Source of the DNA: Mobula hypostoma
Taxonomy: Eukaryota
DNA: 64,000 bases
Assembly: GCF_963921235.1 (NCBI RefSeq)
Contig: NC_086097.1
Location: 190,900,001 to 190,964,000 of the forward strand
Direction of reading: 5' to 3'
The translations under genes were made by a program, and so were the position numbers. The notes under the pieces are model-generated. The model did no database searches. It saw only the letters and a program-made list of their open reading frames with translations, and had not been told where the DNA came from. Shown one piece after another: positions 21,890-35,279 of this stretch (positions are counted from its first letter, which is position 1; every line of letters begins with the position of its first letter).

Positions 21890-22990
21890 CCATGTTTATT
21901 GGCACTGTACATGTATGTCACCATGTACGAGCCTGAGATTCATTTTCTTGCTAGCGTATTCAGTAATTCCAAAAAAAAATAGAATCATTGAAAGACCACA
22001 CCCAGAAGGACAAGCAACCAATGTGCAAAGGACAACAAACTGCTAATACAAAAAAAGGGTGGGAAGGTGGGTGGGTATGTAGGTAACATGAGATAAAGAG
22101 ACCTTCAAAATGAGCCCACAATTTGTGGAACCAGTTCAGTGATGTGGTGAGAGAAATTAGTGACATTATCCCCACTGCTTCAAGAACCTGATGGTTGAGG
22201 GCCAATAACTGTTCCTAAACTTGGTGATGTGGTTCCTGAGGCTCCTGTACCTTCCTCTTAATGGCAGCAACAAGTAAAGAACTTGGCCTGGGTGGTTCAA
22301 ACTTCAAAGAAAATTTATCAAAATACATGTATGTCCCTTATAAAACCTTTAGATTTTTTTTTTCTTTTGGGTATGGTCAGTAAATCCATGAATCATCATA
22401 GAATCAATGATAAAATCATGGTAAACCAATAAAAATCAATAGAATCTAGAATGGTTGTTTATCTGAAATTCTGCTAATCGCTCAATAGGGCATACAAACA
22501 ACTCATGTGCAAGAGGCAGCAAACTCTGCAAATACTAGATAGATAGAAAGATAGATAAGCAAGCAATAAATATTGAGAACATGAGATGAAGATTCCCTGA
22601 AAGTGAGTTCATTAGGATGTGGGAACAGTTCAGCGACGGGGGCAAGTAAAGTTGAATGAAGTTATCTCCATTGATTCAAGAACCTAATTGTTGAGTGATA
22701 ATAACTGTTTCTGAGCATGGTGGTGTGAGTCCTGAGGCTCCTGTAAGAAGAGAGCATGCCCTGGGTGTGGAGGTCCTTGATGATGGATTCTGCTTTCCAG
22801 TGACAGCTCTCCATGTAAATGTGCTTCCTGGAGGGGAGGGCTTTGCCTATGGTGGACTGAGCTGTACCCACTAACTTTTGTAGTTTTTTTTAATCTATTG
22901 AAGGGCATTGGTTTTCATACAAGGCTGGGATGCAACTAGTCAGTATATTTTAAACCACACATCTATAGAGGTTTGTCAAAGCATTAGATG
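21890..22990 (-). mobile_element. Two adjacent Rex1-type 3' fragments
   Basis: ORF 22662..22871 (AQSTIGKALPS...SYRSLRTHTTMLRNSYY..TIRFLNQ) and a similar segment at 22160-22290 with Rex1 3' UTRs. Confidence 0.78.
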
Positions 22991-23059
22991 GGCTTACCTA
23001 TGATGGACCGGGCCTTATCCACTACTCTTGTGGGATTTTCTGGGAATTGTGCATTAGTG

Positions 23060-23900
23060 AATTCATATATTTGAATTAGATCACCTCTTTGTCTTCTAAA
23101 CTTTGGAGCTTTTTGGCCCAATTAGCTCAATTTATTGATCATATGAGCAATCTTCCATTCTAATGATCAATCTTGTGGCTCTTTCCTGCACTTTATAAGT
23201 ATATTGTTACTTACGCATGGAGAACAAGCAGATAGGTATACAATATTCTAAATTAGGTCTCAACATGGACTCATGTAAATGGAGAAAACTCATAATTACT
23301 CTTGTACTCAAGCAGTTTGTTGAAATAAAGGCCAACACACTGCTTACCTTTCCAATTGATTGCTATATCTGCAGGATGGCATTATGTAACGCTGAGCAAA
23401 GGCACCCACATCCTTCTTAATAACAATATCTTTCAGTCTTTTATCACTTAAATAAGTATTCTGCCATTATATTTTTCTATCAAAATCAATGACCACGTAT
23501 TTCCACATTTCATTCCATCTGCCATGTCATTTCCTATTCTTAACTTGAAACCTTTCAGCATCCTACTCACAATGCATACTGTTGTCTAACTTGGATAAGG
23601 AAATATATTGATTTAGAACAACAAATGTCCTTTAACTGAACTCTTTTTGGCCCTAGCAGTTTTAGCTTCCCAATTCAAAAAATGATGGGTTTATTCAATT
23701 TTCCCATCCATACATCAATCCTTAATTCATGGCAGTAACCATGGATGGTACCCCTTATTACCATCCATTCTAATTTTGTTTAATGATATCCTCTTAAGAG
23801 AAGACCTTCTGAAATCCAACACATGCTTGCCCCTAGTGATTCTACTCAAAAATGCTTCAGATGAATGGTCTTAAACTTAAAATATTAAGTGCAGATTCTA
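23060..23900 (-). mobile_element. Old, highly decayed CR1 fragment
   Basis: Patchy similarity to CR1 RT (caatattctaaattaggtctcaac, gaaataaaggccaacac, ttccacatttcattccatctgcca). Confidence 0.55.
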
Positions 23901-26900
23901 TTTGTTTAATTTCTCTTCTGTTTCTTAATTCCACTATAATTCTGCTTTCTCAGTCTGTAAGAAATTCACAGTAATATTAGCTATTCTTCTCCTTTTTGCA
24001 GATCTCATAGACCCTTACATTATATTTTTTAATGTTTCTTGCTAGCAAACTGTTGTATTCTACATTTTCTTTTCCTTCTGATTGCCTGGATTATACACTA
24101 ATGTTTTCTGTGTGTTGATTACTTAAACCTCCTTGAAGGCAGAGTAAATTACACTAAGGAGAGATGGAATAAATAAAATTATTATTTTGTTTTATTTCTC
24201 AGTATGTTGAATATGCAGAACACTAATTCTTTTTTCATGCAGAGCATTTATCATTATAAGAAATTAATATGTTGTCCTGAAACAGAGGAAGAGGCATGGA
24301 GAACTGCCAAAATATCTCCAAATCACAATAATGGAACTGATTCATAACTGTCCTTCAAATGGGACAATTAAGCCACTCTGATCTACTATGCAGCTATTAT
24401 TACCAATAGACTATAGTAAAAATTAAAACTGGACTGCCACCTTTCATTGATATGGTGCAATTCTCTTCTCCATCAAAAAGCCAAAAATAAGGACAATCGC
24501 CAACAATTACCGCTCACTCTACAGCTAGGATAATGAAGCAACTTGTGCATTATCTACATGCAAAAAGAACCAGTACAACATTCAGGCATGAGCTAAGAAG
24601 TGACAAGCAACATTTGTATCACTTCTCAAACTGATAGATACCTGCCACTGGGAATAATAAGCACTGTAAGTGTGTGGAAGTACAACTATTTGCATCTTGC
24701 TTTCCAATCACTACTCAAAGTTCTTTCACCCAAAGGTGGCTTTCTCAATCGTACTGACATAACTTTTCTTTTGGCCTCATTCTGCCAGCTATCAAAATTG
24801 GTCCAAAAGTTTTGTGTATTATACAGATGAGACTAAAATAATTCCAGAATAGTTATTTGAGGACATGTAGTATTTTGGCGATATATGTAAAACATGGCAA
24901 GGGTAAATTTCAGTTAGAATCCATTAGAAGAATTTGAGCCTAAGGTAGACACCAAGAATCAAAGGAAGGGTGAAAATATGTTTGGCTCCAATAGAAATAA
25001 AAGAAGCATACATGCTTAACAAAATATAAAGGGCCATGCGAATCCTGTTAAACAGAATAGTTCTTCATCAGGGTGGGCTGCAATTTAAATAATATTGCTA
25101 AAGCAAAATGCCACAGATGTTGAAAGTTGGAAATAAAAATAGAAAATGCTGGGAAATGAGTTAAATTTTCAAGTTGACTTTTAATGATATTTGATTAGTT
25201 ATCCCTTTGACGGTTGGGGTCTGCACAGAAGCACATACAGTAAAATCAGACTCCTTTCCAACTCCTTACAAAATATTTTCAAATTTGCATACCTTCTCAT
25301 GTAAATTTTTAATAAGAGATAACTGTATCACTGACTTTGCCATCAAGAGAACTGGAAGACGCTGTGCTTTATGGGATGCCAAATTTAATAACTATTCCAA
25401 ATTGCATATGTGAAGATGGTTGTGAACTGGTTTTTTCACGAATGCAGTTCTTGCAACAAAGGTACTTTAAAGAATCATTGCTCCTAGATTATGAAGCAAT
25501 ATTGAAAGGTAATCAATAAATTTCAAAGTCAGAACTATGTGCCACCTGAGATTAACTTCAAGGTGATATTATTCTCCTGTGGAAAAGTTTGAAGGTTTGG
25601 GAAATTTTGTTGGTAAGTCCTGCATTGGTATTTTTTCCCTTCAATTTTCTCCTCTTCCTGAATTTTGCAAACATGCTCTTGAGCAGGGTCTGAGGTAGGT
25701 CCCTTGTTGCCCTGATATCTGAGATGCCCAGCTCTACCTATTTCCTATCTCTTTTACCTGAAGATACAATAACTTTGTCCCAGAATTCAAGCTGTAACCT
25801 TTGTAAATAGGTTGATTCAATTAACAGCTACTTTTAATGATACAAAATACTTGTATTTTGTGACATTGTAAAATAAACTTTGAATAACTTAAAACTGTGC
25901 TAACATGTTGTTCTGTTTCTCATTTATTTATAAGAATGAGATAATGTAAACAAACAGATGCCAAAAGCTCCAACTAACCAAGTATATCAAATAGTACACA
26001 CATAATTAACAAACTGACATGTTCCACATACTTCTCATCACTAAAATAAACTGGATTGTAGAAGTTTATGCTTGAATACAATTCCGAAAGATAATCAGTC
26101 ATAGCCACTGAGCTAATCTTAATTCACACATTTGTGTTAATATAAATGACTGAATTCACTAAGTTGGAACAATATGAACAAACTGTTTGTACGGTGATCT
26201 ATAAGCATCCTGGAAAGTACAGGGTATACACAACTGCACTATTCAAATAATGAATAACGGCAGTATTAGAGGTCAGTTCTGCTAACACTTGACATTGTTT
26301 TTCCAAATATGAGTGTTTGTTTTGTTATTAATATTTAATATTTTAAAGTGTTATTGGGCATTATGCTATTTCCAGCCAGTACCTCTGAGTTGTTTTCATC
26401 AAATGACTTGCTGACCTTTGCATTCAAAGGATTTCAGGCTGGAACTAATTGTTTGATGATTCAGTGAGCTATATTAGAAAATACAAGATTAGGTAAATAT
26501 TAATAATCCATGAAAGCATAATGATATCTGACTCATCCTATTTACCTGAAACTTGAGACTATAGAAGGATAGTGAATATGGTAATAATGATAGAAATAAG
26601 TACTGATTTAAACAGTCATAAAATAAATGAAATATGACAGTGGAAAATAAATCAACTAATTGTTATGGCTAACCTTGTCTCTGATCATTTGTGTAATTGA
26701 TGTCTATGAATCATGCAATTGTCTAATCCTATCATAAGCTGACTAACCTCAGGTAAAAAAAAATCCAGGTTATCTGCCTTGCAGGATTTGCTTCAATCCA
26801 GTTTTAAGTCAACTGTCATATAAAAATTCAGAATAGAGATATTACCCACAAAGGAGTATTTTCAATCTGAAAGCATTTTCCACATACTTTAATTTTGCCT

Positions 26901-27179
26901 CTCAATAGTTTAGTTGCTTTTTCATTGAGGTCATGTTGATTTCTATTTTGAAAGGAGATCTGAGAGTCCAGCTGCATTATCACTTCTGCTTTACTGCTAG
27001 GTTTCTTCCATCACAACTCAAATATCAGAACAAGAACAGAATACTGAAGTGAGATCCCTTTGCAGAGATATTCTCACACTGCTTGAATATGACACAGCAC
27101 CGTGGTTTGATAGCAGCACAGGTTTAAAGAATATTCATAGACCTATTTGGGGGATAAAAAAATGACCAGGGGTGCATAT

Positions 27180-28415
27180 TTATGCTTGCTTACGACACCA
27201 CTCTGGTAGGCTGAATCAAAGGTGGCAACAGATCAACATTTAGTAGGAAGGTTAAATACCTGACTGAGTGCTGCCACAACAACAACCTCTTACTCAATGT
27301 CAGCAAGACTAAGGAGCTGATTATTCACTTCAGGAGGAGGAAGCTGGAGGTCCATGAGCCAGTCCTCATCAGGGAATGTGAGGTGGAGAGAGTCAACAAC
27401 TTTAAATTCTTCAGTATTATCATTTCAGAGGACCTGGCCTGGACCCAGTAGGTAAGTGTAATTATGAAGAAAGCACAATATTACCTCTAATTCCTTAGAA
27501 ATTTGCGAAGTTTTGGCAAGCCGTCTAAAACTTTGATGAACTTCTATAGGTGCATGGTGGGAAGTATATTGACTTGCTGAATCATAGCCTGGTGTGGAAA
27601 TACCGATGCCCTTGAATGGAAAATCCTACATAAAATAGTGATACAGCCCAGTCCATCACAGGGTAATCCTCACCATTAAGCACATTTACATGGAACTTTG
27701 TTGCAGAAAAGCAGCATCCATCAGCAGGGTCCCCCACCACCTAGATCACACCCTCTTCTCACTGTTGCCATCAGGAAGATGGTATATGAGCCTCAGGACT
27801 CACATTACCAGGTTCAGGAATTGTTACTACCCCTCAACCACCAGGCTCTTGAACCAAAGGGATAACTTGACTTGGTCCATCACTAAACTGTTCCCACAAT
27901 CTATGGACTCACTTTCAAGGGCCGTTAATCTCATGTTCTCAATATTTATTGCTTATTTATTATTATTGTTGTATTTTTATTTTTTCTCAGCTGTCTAAAT
28001 CTGGTAAAAACTGAGGTACAGGCTTAGACACGCACACACATTTCTCAATTGCCAGGAGCTTTCAGACTATTCTAGTGGTATTGTGGTTTTCTGGAGATTT
28101 ACATAGATATTGCTGTGTAGGCCTAGTTGTTTAATGCTATTGTGTAGTGATTTTGGGATGATACCTGTTGTAGATGTTACTATTGGGACAATCTGTTCAT
28201 GTTCCATATTAATAATTATTACATTATTATTTTTTTCTTCCTTTTTACATTTGCACAGTTTATTGTCTTTTGTGCACTGATTGTCCTCCCTTTTGGTGTG
28301 GTCTTTTGTTGATTCTGTTATGGTTATTTGACTTATTGAGTGTGTCTTCAAGAAAATGCATGTCAGTGCTATACATGGAGACGTATATGTACATTGATGA
28401 CAAATTTACTTTGAA
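27180..28415 (+). mobile_element. Rex1-type LINE 3' part
   Basis: NNLLLNVSKTKELIIHFRR; ORF 27690..27998 (LFSLLPSGRWYMSLRTHITRFRNCYYPSTTRLLN); 3' UTR ends tttactttgaac, with ~230 bp of unrelated DNA inside the UTR. Confidence 0.88.
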
Positions 28416-29499
28416 CACTCTTAAGTCATACTGTACGCAGTTTCCTTGGTAAATATGTTAGCATATGATGTGATTCAGTTAACAACATTAGGAAGGACTT
28501 GAAAATTCCCAAACCTTACTTTTTTAAAGTATTCAGAGGCAGATTAGAAATGCTTACAGGGTTCTTGGAGAAAATGTCAGACCTGATCCAACCTGCTCTG
28601 ATCATGTGGTCCTTTGAGTACTGTACCCATCACTGTTCATCTGATTCGCAACCAAGACTGCATACCCAAGACACTGGTGGGTTATTACAGCACCCTGAAA
28701 GACTATTTGTATTCTGCTATCTACAGACTGACTGTATAGCTCACCTCACTAAATATTATATGTGTCCATTCATTACTTCTTTTGAGGTTCTGTAAAGTAT
28801 TTTTCTTAGGACTTAGTTAATGGCAGTGATTATAACTGAAAATCGATTCATTTGAAGCTGCATGGAAAATGATGCATTTTACTGCTTGGAATTGAACAGA
28901 TGTCTTATCTCAGAAGGTGTAAGCTTCTATTTGCCTCCAGAAGTTCCCAGCGTAGCACAGGTTCACCCTACAAATGTCATCAGAAATGGTGAATCAATCC
29001 AAAACTGAGATGTGGTATTAATCATGTCTGAATGATGTAAGAGGAAAAGTAAAGCAAATACTCAACTTTAAGTGACTTTCAATTAAATAGCTTAACATTT
29101 CTGGACATTGTGGATAAGTATTCCAAGAACAGAAACCCAATATTTATGGTACTAAGTAACGTTGCCTCAATGATGTCTAATCAATAAACAGTTTATCATT
29201 TAAAGTAAAAGAAGATGATGCAGATACTGGAAATCTGAAATAAAAAGAGAAAAAATCTGGAGAAACGGAGTGGAAAAGACAGCATCCATGGAACGAGAAA
29301 GAAAGTTGAAGCTTCAGATCGGAGAATGGAAGATCGTCAATCTGAAATACTGGAGTGTTGAAAATGTTCTAATTTGTTTTAAATTTTGACTTTTATTTAG
29401 TCTCTCAGAAGTTATTATAATGATTAAGAAAAGGTGTGCATGTTCCGAGAGGTTTCAAAATCTCAGAGTACCTCTTCTGAGCCCACCAGTTAGATGCAA

Positions 29500-30095
29500 G
29501 CATGAAGAAGGTGGGCTGGCATCTCTACTTTAAGAAGTTTAAGGAGATTCAGCATGTCTTTAAAGACTCTAACAAACTTCTACAGATGTACAGTGAAAAG
29601 TATTCTGACTGCTAACATCACAGCCTGAAGTGTAAACTCCAATTCACAGGAACACAAGAGGGTGCAGTCAGTAGTGGACTTAGCCAGTTCCTTCATGGGT
29701 AAAGTTCTCCCCACCATCCAGGACATCTACAAGAGAAAACATCTCAGGAAGATGATATCCATCATCAGTGATCCCCACTATCTGAGCTATGCTTTCTTCT
29801 TGATACTACCATCAAGCAGGAGGTACAGGAGCCTGAAGACATACTCTTCAGGATTCAAAAACCGATCTGAAAAATCTCAATACGATTACATTTCTTTCTC
29901 TCTCTCTTTATTTTCACCTATGTCAGTATACTTATTTTTGTTATTTAGTTTTGCGCTTGTAAGTTACGTAAAGTTTATGTTAACTTATGTCTGCCATGTT
30001 TGTAACATATTGTGTTATTGCTGCAAAAAAAAAGTATATTTCAGGGCACTTATACCCTCCGTGCATGCTAATGGAAAAAATCTTGAACTTGAATC
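29500..30095 (+). mobile_element. Rex1-type LINE 3' fragment
   Basis: LTNFYRCTVKSILTANITA; ORF 29662..30108 (QSVVDLASSFMGKVLPTIQDIY...LPSSRRYRSLKT). Confidence 0.85.
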
Positions 30096-31096
30096 CAGTT
30101 CAAAATAATGAAGTATCAGGAAGTAAGGCTGAAGGAAATAATAACCATATATTGAAGAAATCAATATTGAAATGATAAAATGAGATGTAAATTATTTAAC
30201 TACTTCAATGTAATTCTCATTTACTATCAGCAAGTAATTGTTAATAATTTTCAAGTGCAATGCTAGGGTTTGAATAACTACATTTATTGCACTCAAATAC
30301 ATAAAATATAACATGTCATCTGAAAATGAGAACAGTTTGCAATCATATTTAAGGTTCTCATACTATTACACATCTGCTGGGACATAAATACCTTTCCATT
30401 CTTAACCCCTACACTCACCTCTGTTGGAATTACTATCCTTATCTATAATGCCTTGAAGAAATGATGACTAGATTTTAGACTTATTCCTGGACAGCTACTT
30501 GAAAACCAACACTAAAATAATCATTGTAATTCTCTCATGGATTAGCTATAGAGCAAACTCTCGAGATCTGTGAGCATACCATCTTGATGCCTTCAATCTC
30601 AGTCAGAGGCGATTAGTGTCACGTCCAATCTGTAGATGGCTTATTAAGTCAGACCAGCAATTTGGGGCAGATTTTGCTGTCAGCGGCAGCCTGCCTACAC
30701 TTACCTCTGACCTACAGTCTGTATGCACTTACAATTTGGATGTTCTGTTGGAGTCATATTGCTGGTAAGTGTCATTCCAATTTTAAAAGATGAGGTTCTG
30801 TACAATGTAAGCTGTCATGTGGATGGGTGAGAACAAAACAACTGAAAAATTCTTTGACAGCTGGCTAAGCAATTTCCCCTTGCTTAACTAATGGTCAAAT
30901 ATATCAATGATTCCTAATTGCACCTGACATTCAGGAACTCAGTGGGTTGAATCATGCTGGCAGTAAGTGGTGGTCCCAAGTAGAAACCAGTCAACATTTA
31001 ACCATTGGATCTGCAATACCAATGTAGAAATTGCTAATAGGTTTAAGGGTGTCAAATCCCAATAGATTTGAATGGTGAGGATAGTCTTGCTGAGAT

Positions 31097-31740
31097 TTAT
31101 AGAACATAGAGTAGTACAGCACAGGAACATTTGGCCCATAATGTTATTTCAACCAATTAAATTAGTAATGAAATAGAGAACTAAACAAATCCCCTCTACC
31201 CAAACAATGTCCATACCCTTTAATTTTCCTCAAATTCTTGTGTCTATCTAAACATCTCTTAAAAGACTCTAATGCATCTGTCTCTACCACCACCTCAGGC
31301 GGCTCATTCCAGGCACCCACCACTCTGTGGAAAAAAACTTGCTCCTCACAGCTCCTTTGAAATTACAGTTTCATCTTAAGTGCTCACCTGCAGGTATTAG
31401 ACATTTCAATCTTAGGAAAAAGATACTGTCTTTCTACTCTGTCTGTGCCTCGCATAATCTTATAGACCACTATCAGATCTCCCCTGAGGCTCTGCCACTC
31501 CAGAGAAAACAACCCAAGTTTGTCCAACCTCTCGTGAAAGCACATGCCTTCTAATGCAAACAAATGTCTTCTGCACCGTCCACAGTCTTGACATCTTTCC
31601 TATAATGATGCAACCAGAACTGTATGAAAAACTCCAGATGCAGCTTAACTAGACTTCTATAAAACTGCACCATAACATCCTGACTTTTGAACTCAGTACG
31701 TAGACTAACAAAGGGAAGAATATCATATGCCTTCTTACTT
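31097..31740 (-). mobile_element. CR1 LINE 3' fragment
   Basis: CR1 tail (atagaacatagagtagtacagcacagg) and reverse-strand RT C-terminal codons. Confidence 0.8.
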
Positions 31741-33834
31741 CTGGCGGCCCAATTGAATCAAGAGGGGAGGCTACACATAGGTTGGGGTGAGATTTAAAAA
31801 GCAAAATTCACGAGCTTTTGGTATTTTCTAGTAGCCTAATCGAATCACAATTCATTATCAAGGGAAAACAAAAATAAGGTAGGGACAAACGGAGTGGCAA
31901 TTGTGTGAGTGGATCAGTGTAAGAATGACAAGGCTTTGGCTCAGCAGGTTTTTGCAAGAACAGACTTGGACCTTGGGTTTCAATAAGTTGGGTAAGGCAG
32001 GCTAGGGATTCTGATAAGTTTCTTCTTCCTCATTCTTTGTCTGTTAGTGCATAGTTAGAGCAGTGAAAAGGACTTCAAGGGCTGTGTTGTCTTCTTTGTA
32101 AGAGATATACGAATTCTGGGGTCATCCAGCCTCCCAGATAACCACATCTGCATCAGGAGTATCACCAGGTGCAGCTTCTCAAAGAAGGTGTTAAGGAACT
32201 GGTGCAGCAGCTTGATGACTTTAGCTCTTAAGGGAAACTGAGGAGGCAATAGAAAGGAGGTAGAGGTAGGTAGTCACCCCTAAGTTGAAGGAGGCAGGTA
32301 GCTGGGTGACTGTCAGGAGAGGGAAGAGAAACAGGCAGCCAGTGTAGAGTATCATATGGCCATTCCCCTCTATAATAAGTATAACACTATGGATACAGAG
32401 TTGAAGGGGGTGAGCTGTGGAGGGAGTCACAGCAACCGGATCTCTGGCACTGTGGCTCTGAAGAGAAGTGGAGATAAGAGCACTGGAGAGGTGATACAGG
32501 ATTCCATAGTTAGAGCATGAGGTTCTGTGGACAGACAGAGACACACAGATGGTATATTGCTTCCCAGGTGCCAGGGTCAATGACGTCTCCATTTGGGTCC
32601 CTGGCATTCTTAAGGGGGTAGGATGAGCAGCCAGAAGTCTTGGTGCATAATGTAACCAATAACATAGATAGGAATAGGGAACTGGTACTGAAGAAACAAT
32701 ATAAGGAGATAGTTAGAAAACTGAAAACCAGGACCTCCTGGCTGGTAATCTCTGTATTGTGGCCAGCGCCACATGCCAGTGTGTAAGAATAGGATGACTT
32801 GGCAGGTGAATGCATGGCTGAGGAACTGATGCATGGGGTAGGGCTTTAGATTTCTGGATCATTGGGATCTCCTCTGGGGAATGCATGACCTCTACAAAGG
32901 GGATGGGTACAGCTGAACCCGAGGGGGACCAATATCCTTGCAGACAGGTTTGTTCGAGCTGTTAGGAAAGGTTTAAACTAAATTGCGGGGGTGGGGGGGG
33001 GAAGAGGATGGAAATCAGTGATATGGGTGAGGATGGGGCAGTTGGTGTATAACTAGATATGGTGTGCAGTGAGATTGTCAGGAAGGCTAAGCAGATTATA
33101 GGGCAAAATTGCATTCAGTGGGATGAATTGCAATGTAACGGGGGACAAAATTGAAAAGAGTGATGAATACAGGACTGAAGGTGTTATATTTGAATGTGCA
33201 CAGTCTACAGAGTATGGTAGATGATTTTCTAGCACAGATAGAGATTGGTAGGTATGACATTGTGGGCCATCACTGAGTCATGGCTGAAGGAAGATCATAG
33301 TTAGGAAATTAACATCCAAGGGTACACCTTGTATAGAAAGGACAGGCAGGTAGGCAGAGGGGGTGGGTTTCTCTGTTGGTGAAAAATGAAATCAAATCCT
33401 TAGAAAGAGGTGACATAGGATTGGATGATTTAGAGGTAGAGGTAGAGTTAAAAAAATGCAAGGGTAAAACGACTCTGATGGGAGTTACATACAGGCCTCT
33501 AAACAGTAGCCAGGATGAGGGCTACAAATTACAATGGGAGATATAAAATGCTGTCAAAAGGACAACGTTACAATAGTCATGGGAGATTTCAATATCTAGG
33601 TAGATTGGGAAAATTAGGTTGATGCTGGATCCTAAGAGAGAGAATTTGTAGAATGACGACAAGATGGATTTTTAGAACAGCTTGTGTTAAGCCGACTAGG
33701 GGGAAGACTATTCTGGAATATTTGTTGTGCAATAAGCTTGATTTGATTAGGGAACTTAAGGTAAAGGAACCCTTCAGAGCCAGTGATCATTAGGGAGGGA
33801 AAAGCAAATATCAGATGTATCAGTATCACAGAAG

Positions 33835-35279
33835 TGTCATGGTCCGGGTTGGGGTCTCTTTAAATTTACTTTGTGTATGTTACGATCTGGACCGTTGACT
33901 CTCTTTTATCCTTTTGGTTCCCTATTTTCCCGCGTCCCTCGGCTTTGGTGATTAGAGGCAATTTACTCTCGGCTGAACCGGTAGTTTATAGTCTCTGGCT
34001 TTTAGCTGTTCGGCGCGAAAGCGTTTGCAAAGTCACGAAGGTACGGTGTGCCAATGTCATCTGGCCGGAGCAAGCCTAGTCTCCACCCAAAGTGAGTGCC
34101 GGTAATTCGGCTTTCCTCACCGGAGCAACCCTGTCAAGTTACCTTGCAAAAGCGAGCCTGCAAAGTTCCTCAGTGAGGTGGGTCCATCAGTTAACCCACC
34201 GGAGGGAATCAAGAACCGCTGTCTACTGTTCCCGGGCCGAGTCGAGAGCTCGCCACTACCCGGAGGCTCCAAGTCAAGTCCTGGCCCTGGCGGCATCCTA
34301 GTTCTAAGTCAAGTCCTGGCCCTGGCGGTCTGTGATTCCTGTCCTACCCCGCTGTCTGAATCCCTTCTCTGCCCCTCTCGCCTCTAGCCCTCGTCTGCAG
34401 CTCACGCCTACACTTTGGTCTAGTTCTATCGCCGGAGCTAGATAGGTACTGTCTGGTGTTCTTTCGTGTTGGTCTTGTCTTGTCCTCGCCTCTGTGGGGT
34501 AAGTCTGGCCATCTTGCCGTTGGTCCACGGGGGTTCATGTCTTGTCTTGTCTTGTCCTCACCTCCGTGGGGTAAGTCTGGCCGTCTTGCCGTTGCCCTGC
34601 CGGGGGGTCATGTCTTGTCTTGTCTTGTCCTCGCCTCTGTGGGGTAAGTCAGGCCGTCTTGCCGTTGCCCCGTGGGGGGTCACGTCTTGTCTTGTCCTGT
34701 CCTGGAAAAGATGAGTCCTGGCCCTATGTCCTGTACCCAAGGAAGGGTCCCGGCTCTCTGTTCTGTGTGTGAGTCCCGGCCCTATGTCCTGTACCCAAGG
34801 AGGGGTCCCGGCTCTGTGTTCTGTGAGTGAGTCCTGGCCCTATGTCCTGTACCCAAGGAGGGGTTCCGACTCTGTGTTCTGTGTATGTGTCCATTGTTCC
34901 ATGTACCTGCTCTCCCGAGACCGAAGCTCTGTGTTCCCATGTTCCTCCTCTCCCCAGCCCATGTCATTTCCTTGCCTGGTTCTCAGGTCCGAGCCTGGGG
35001 CAAGACCCAGGTACTGGGTCCTTGCCCAGTCTCTGGCTCAGAGTCCATACCCTAGCCTCTTCATATCGCCTCTAGTTTTGGGATCCGATTCCGAGTCCTA
35101 GCCCAGATCCTTATTCCCAGCCTAGTCGTAGTCCTGAGTCCTTGTCCAGTTGGTTATTCCTGCTCCTGCCTTGCTCTCCTGGTATCGAACAATAAACTAA
35201 ATTTGATTAACCTCACAAGATGTGTCTTGCATTTGGGTCCACCCTTGCTCCCTATGCCCCCCCCCCCAACATTGTGACA
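33835..35279 (+). mobile_element. Solo LTR (Gypsy-type), 1445 bp
   Basis: TGTCAT...TGTGACA termini; perfect 5-bp TSD AGAAG (33830-33834, 35280-35284); AATAAA near 35190; GC- and CpG-rich relative to flanks; no internal coding region. Confidence 0.9.
34471..34885 (+). repeat. Two minisatellite arrays inside the solo LTR
   Basis: ~72-bp unit x3 (tgtcctc at 34481, 34553, 34626) and 58-bp unit x3 (tgagtcc.ggccctatgtcctgtacccaagg at 34712, 34770, 34828). Confidence 0.88.

Noticed and set aside
28556..28695. Minus-strand exon-like segment (ctttcAG...GTAAGC)
   Set aside because: Stop codons in all three frames.
30419..30511. Minus-strand AG...GTGAGT exon-like segment
   Set aside because: Stop codons in all three frames.
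34471..34885. Regular repeats that superficially resemble a CRISPR array
   Set aside because: Head-to-tail tandem units with no unique spacers, inside a eukaryotic LTR, and no cas genes.
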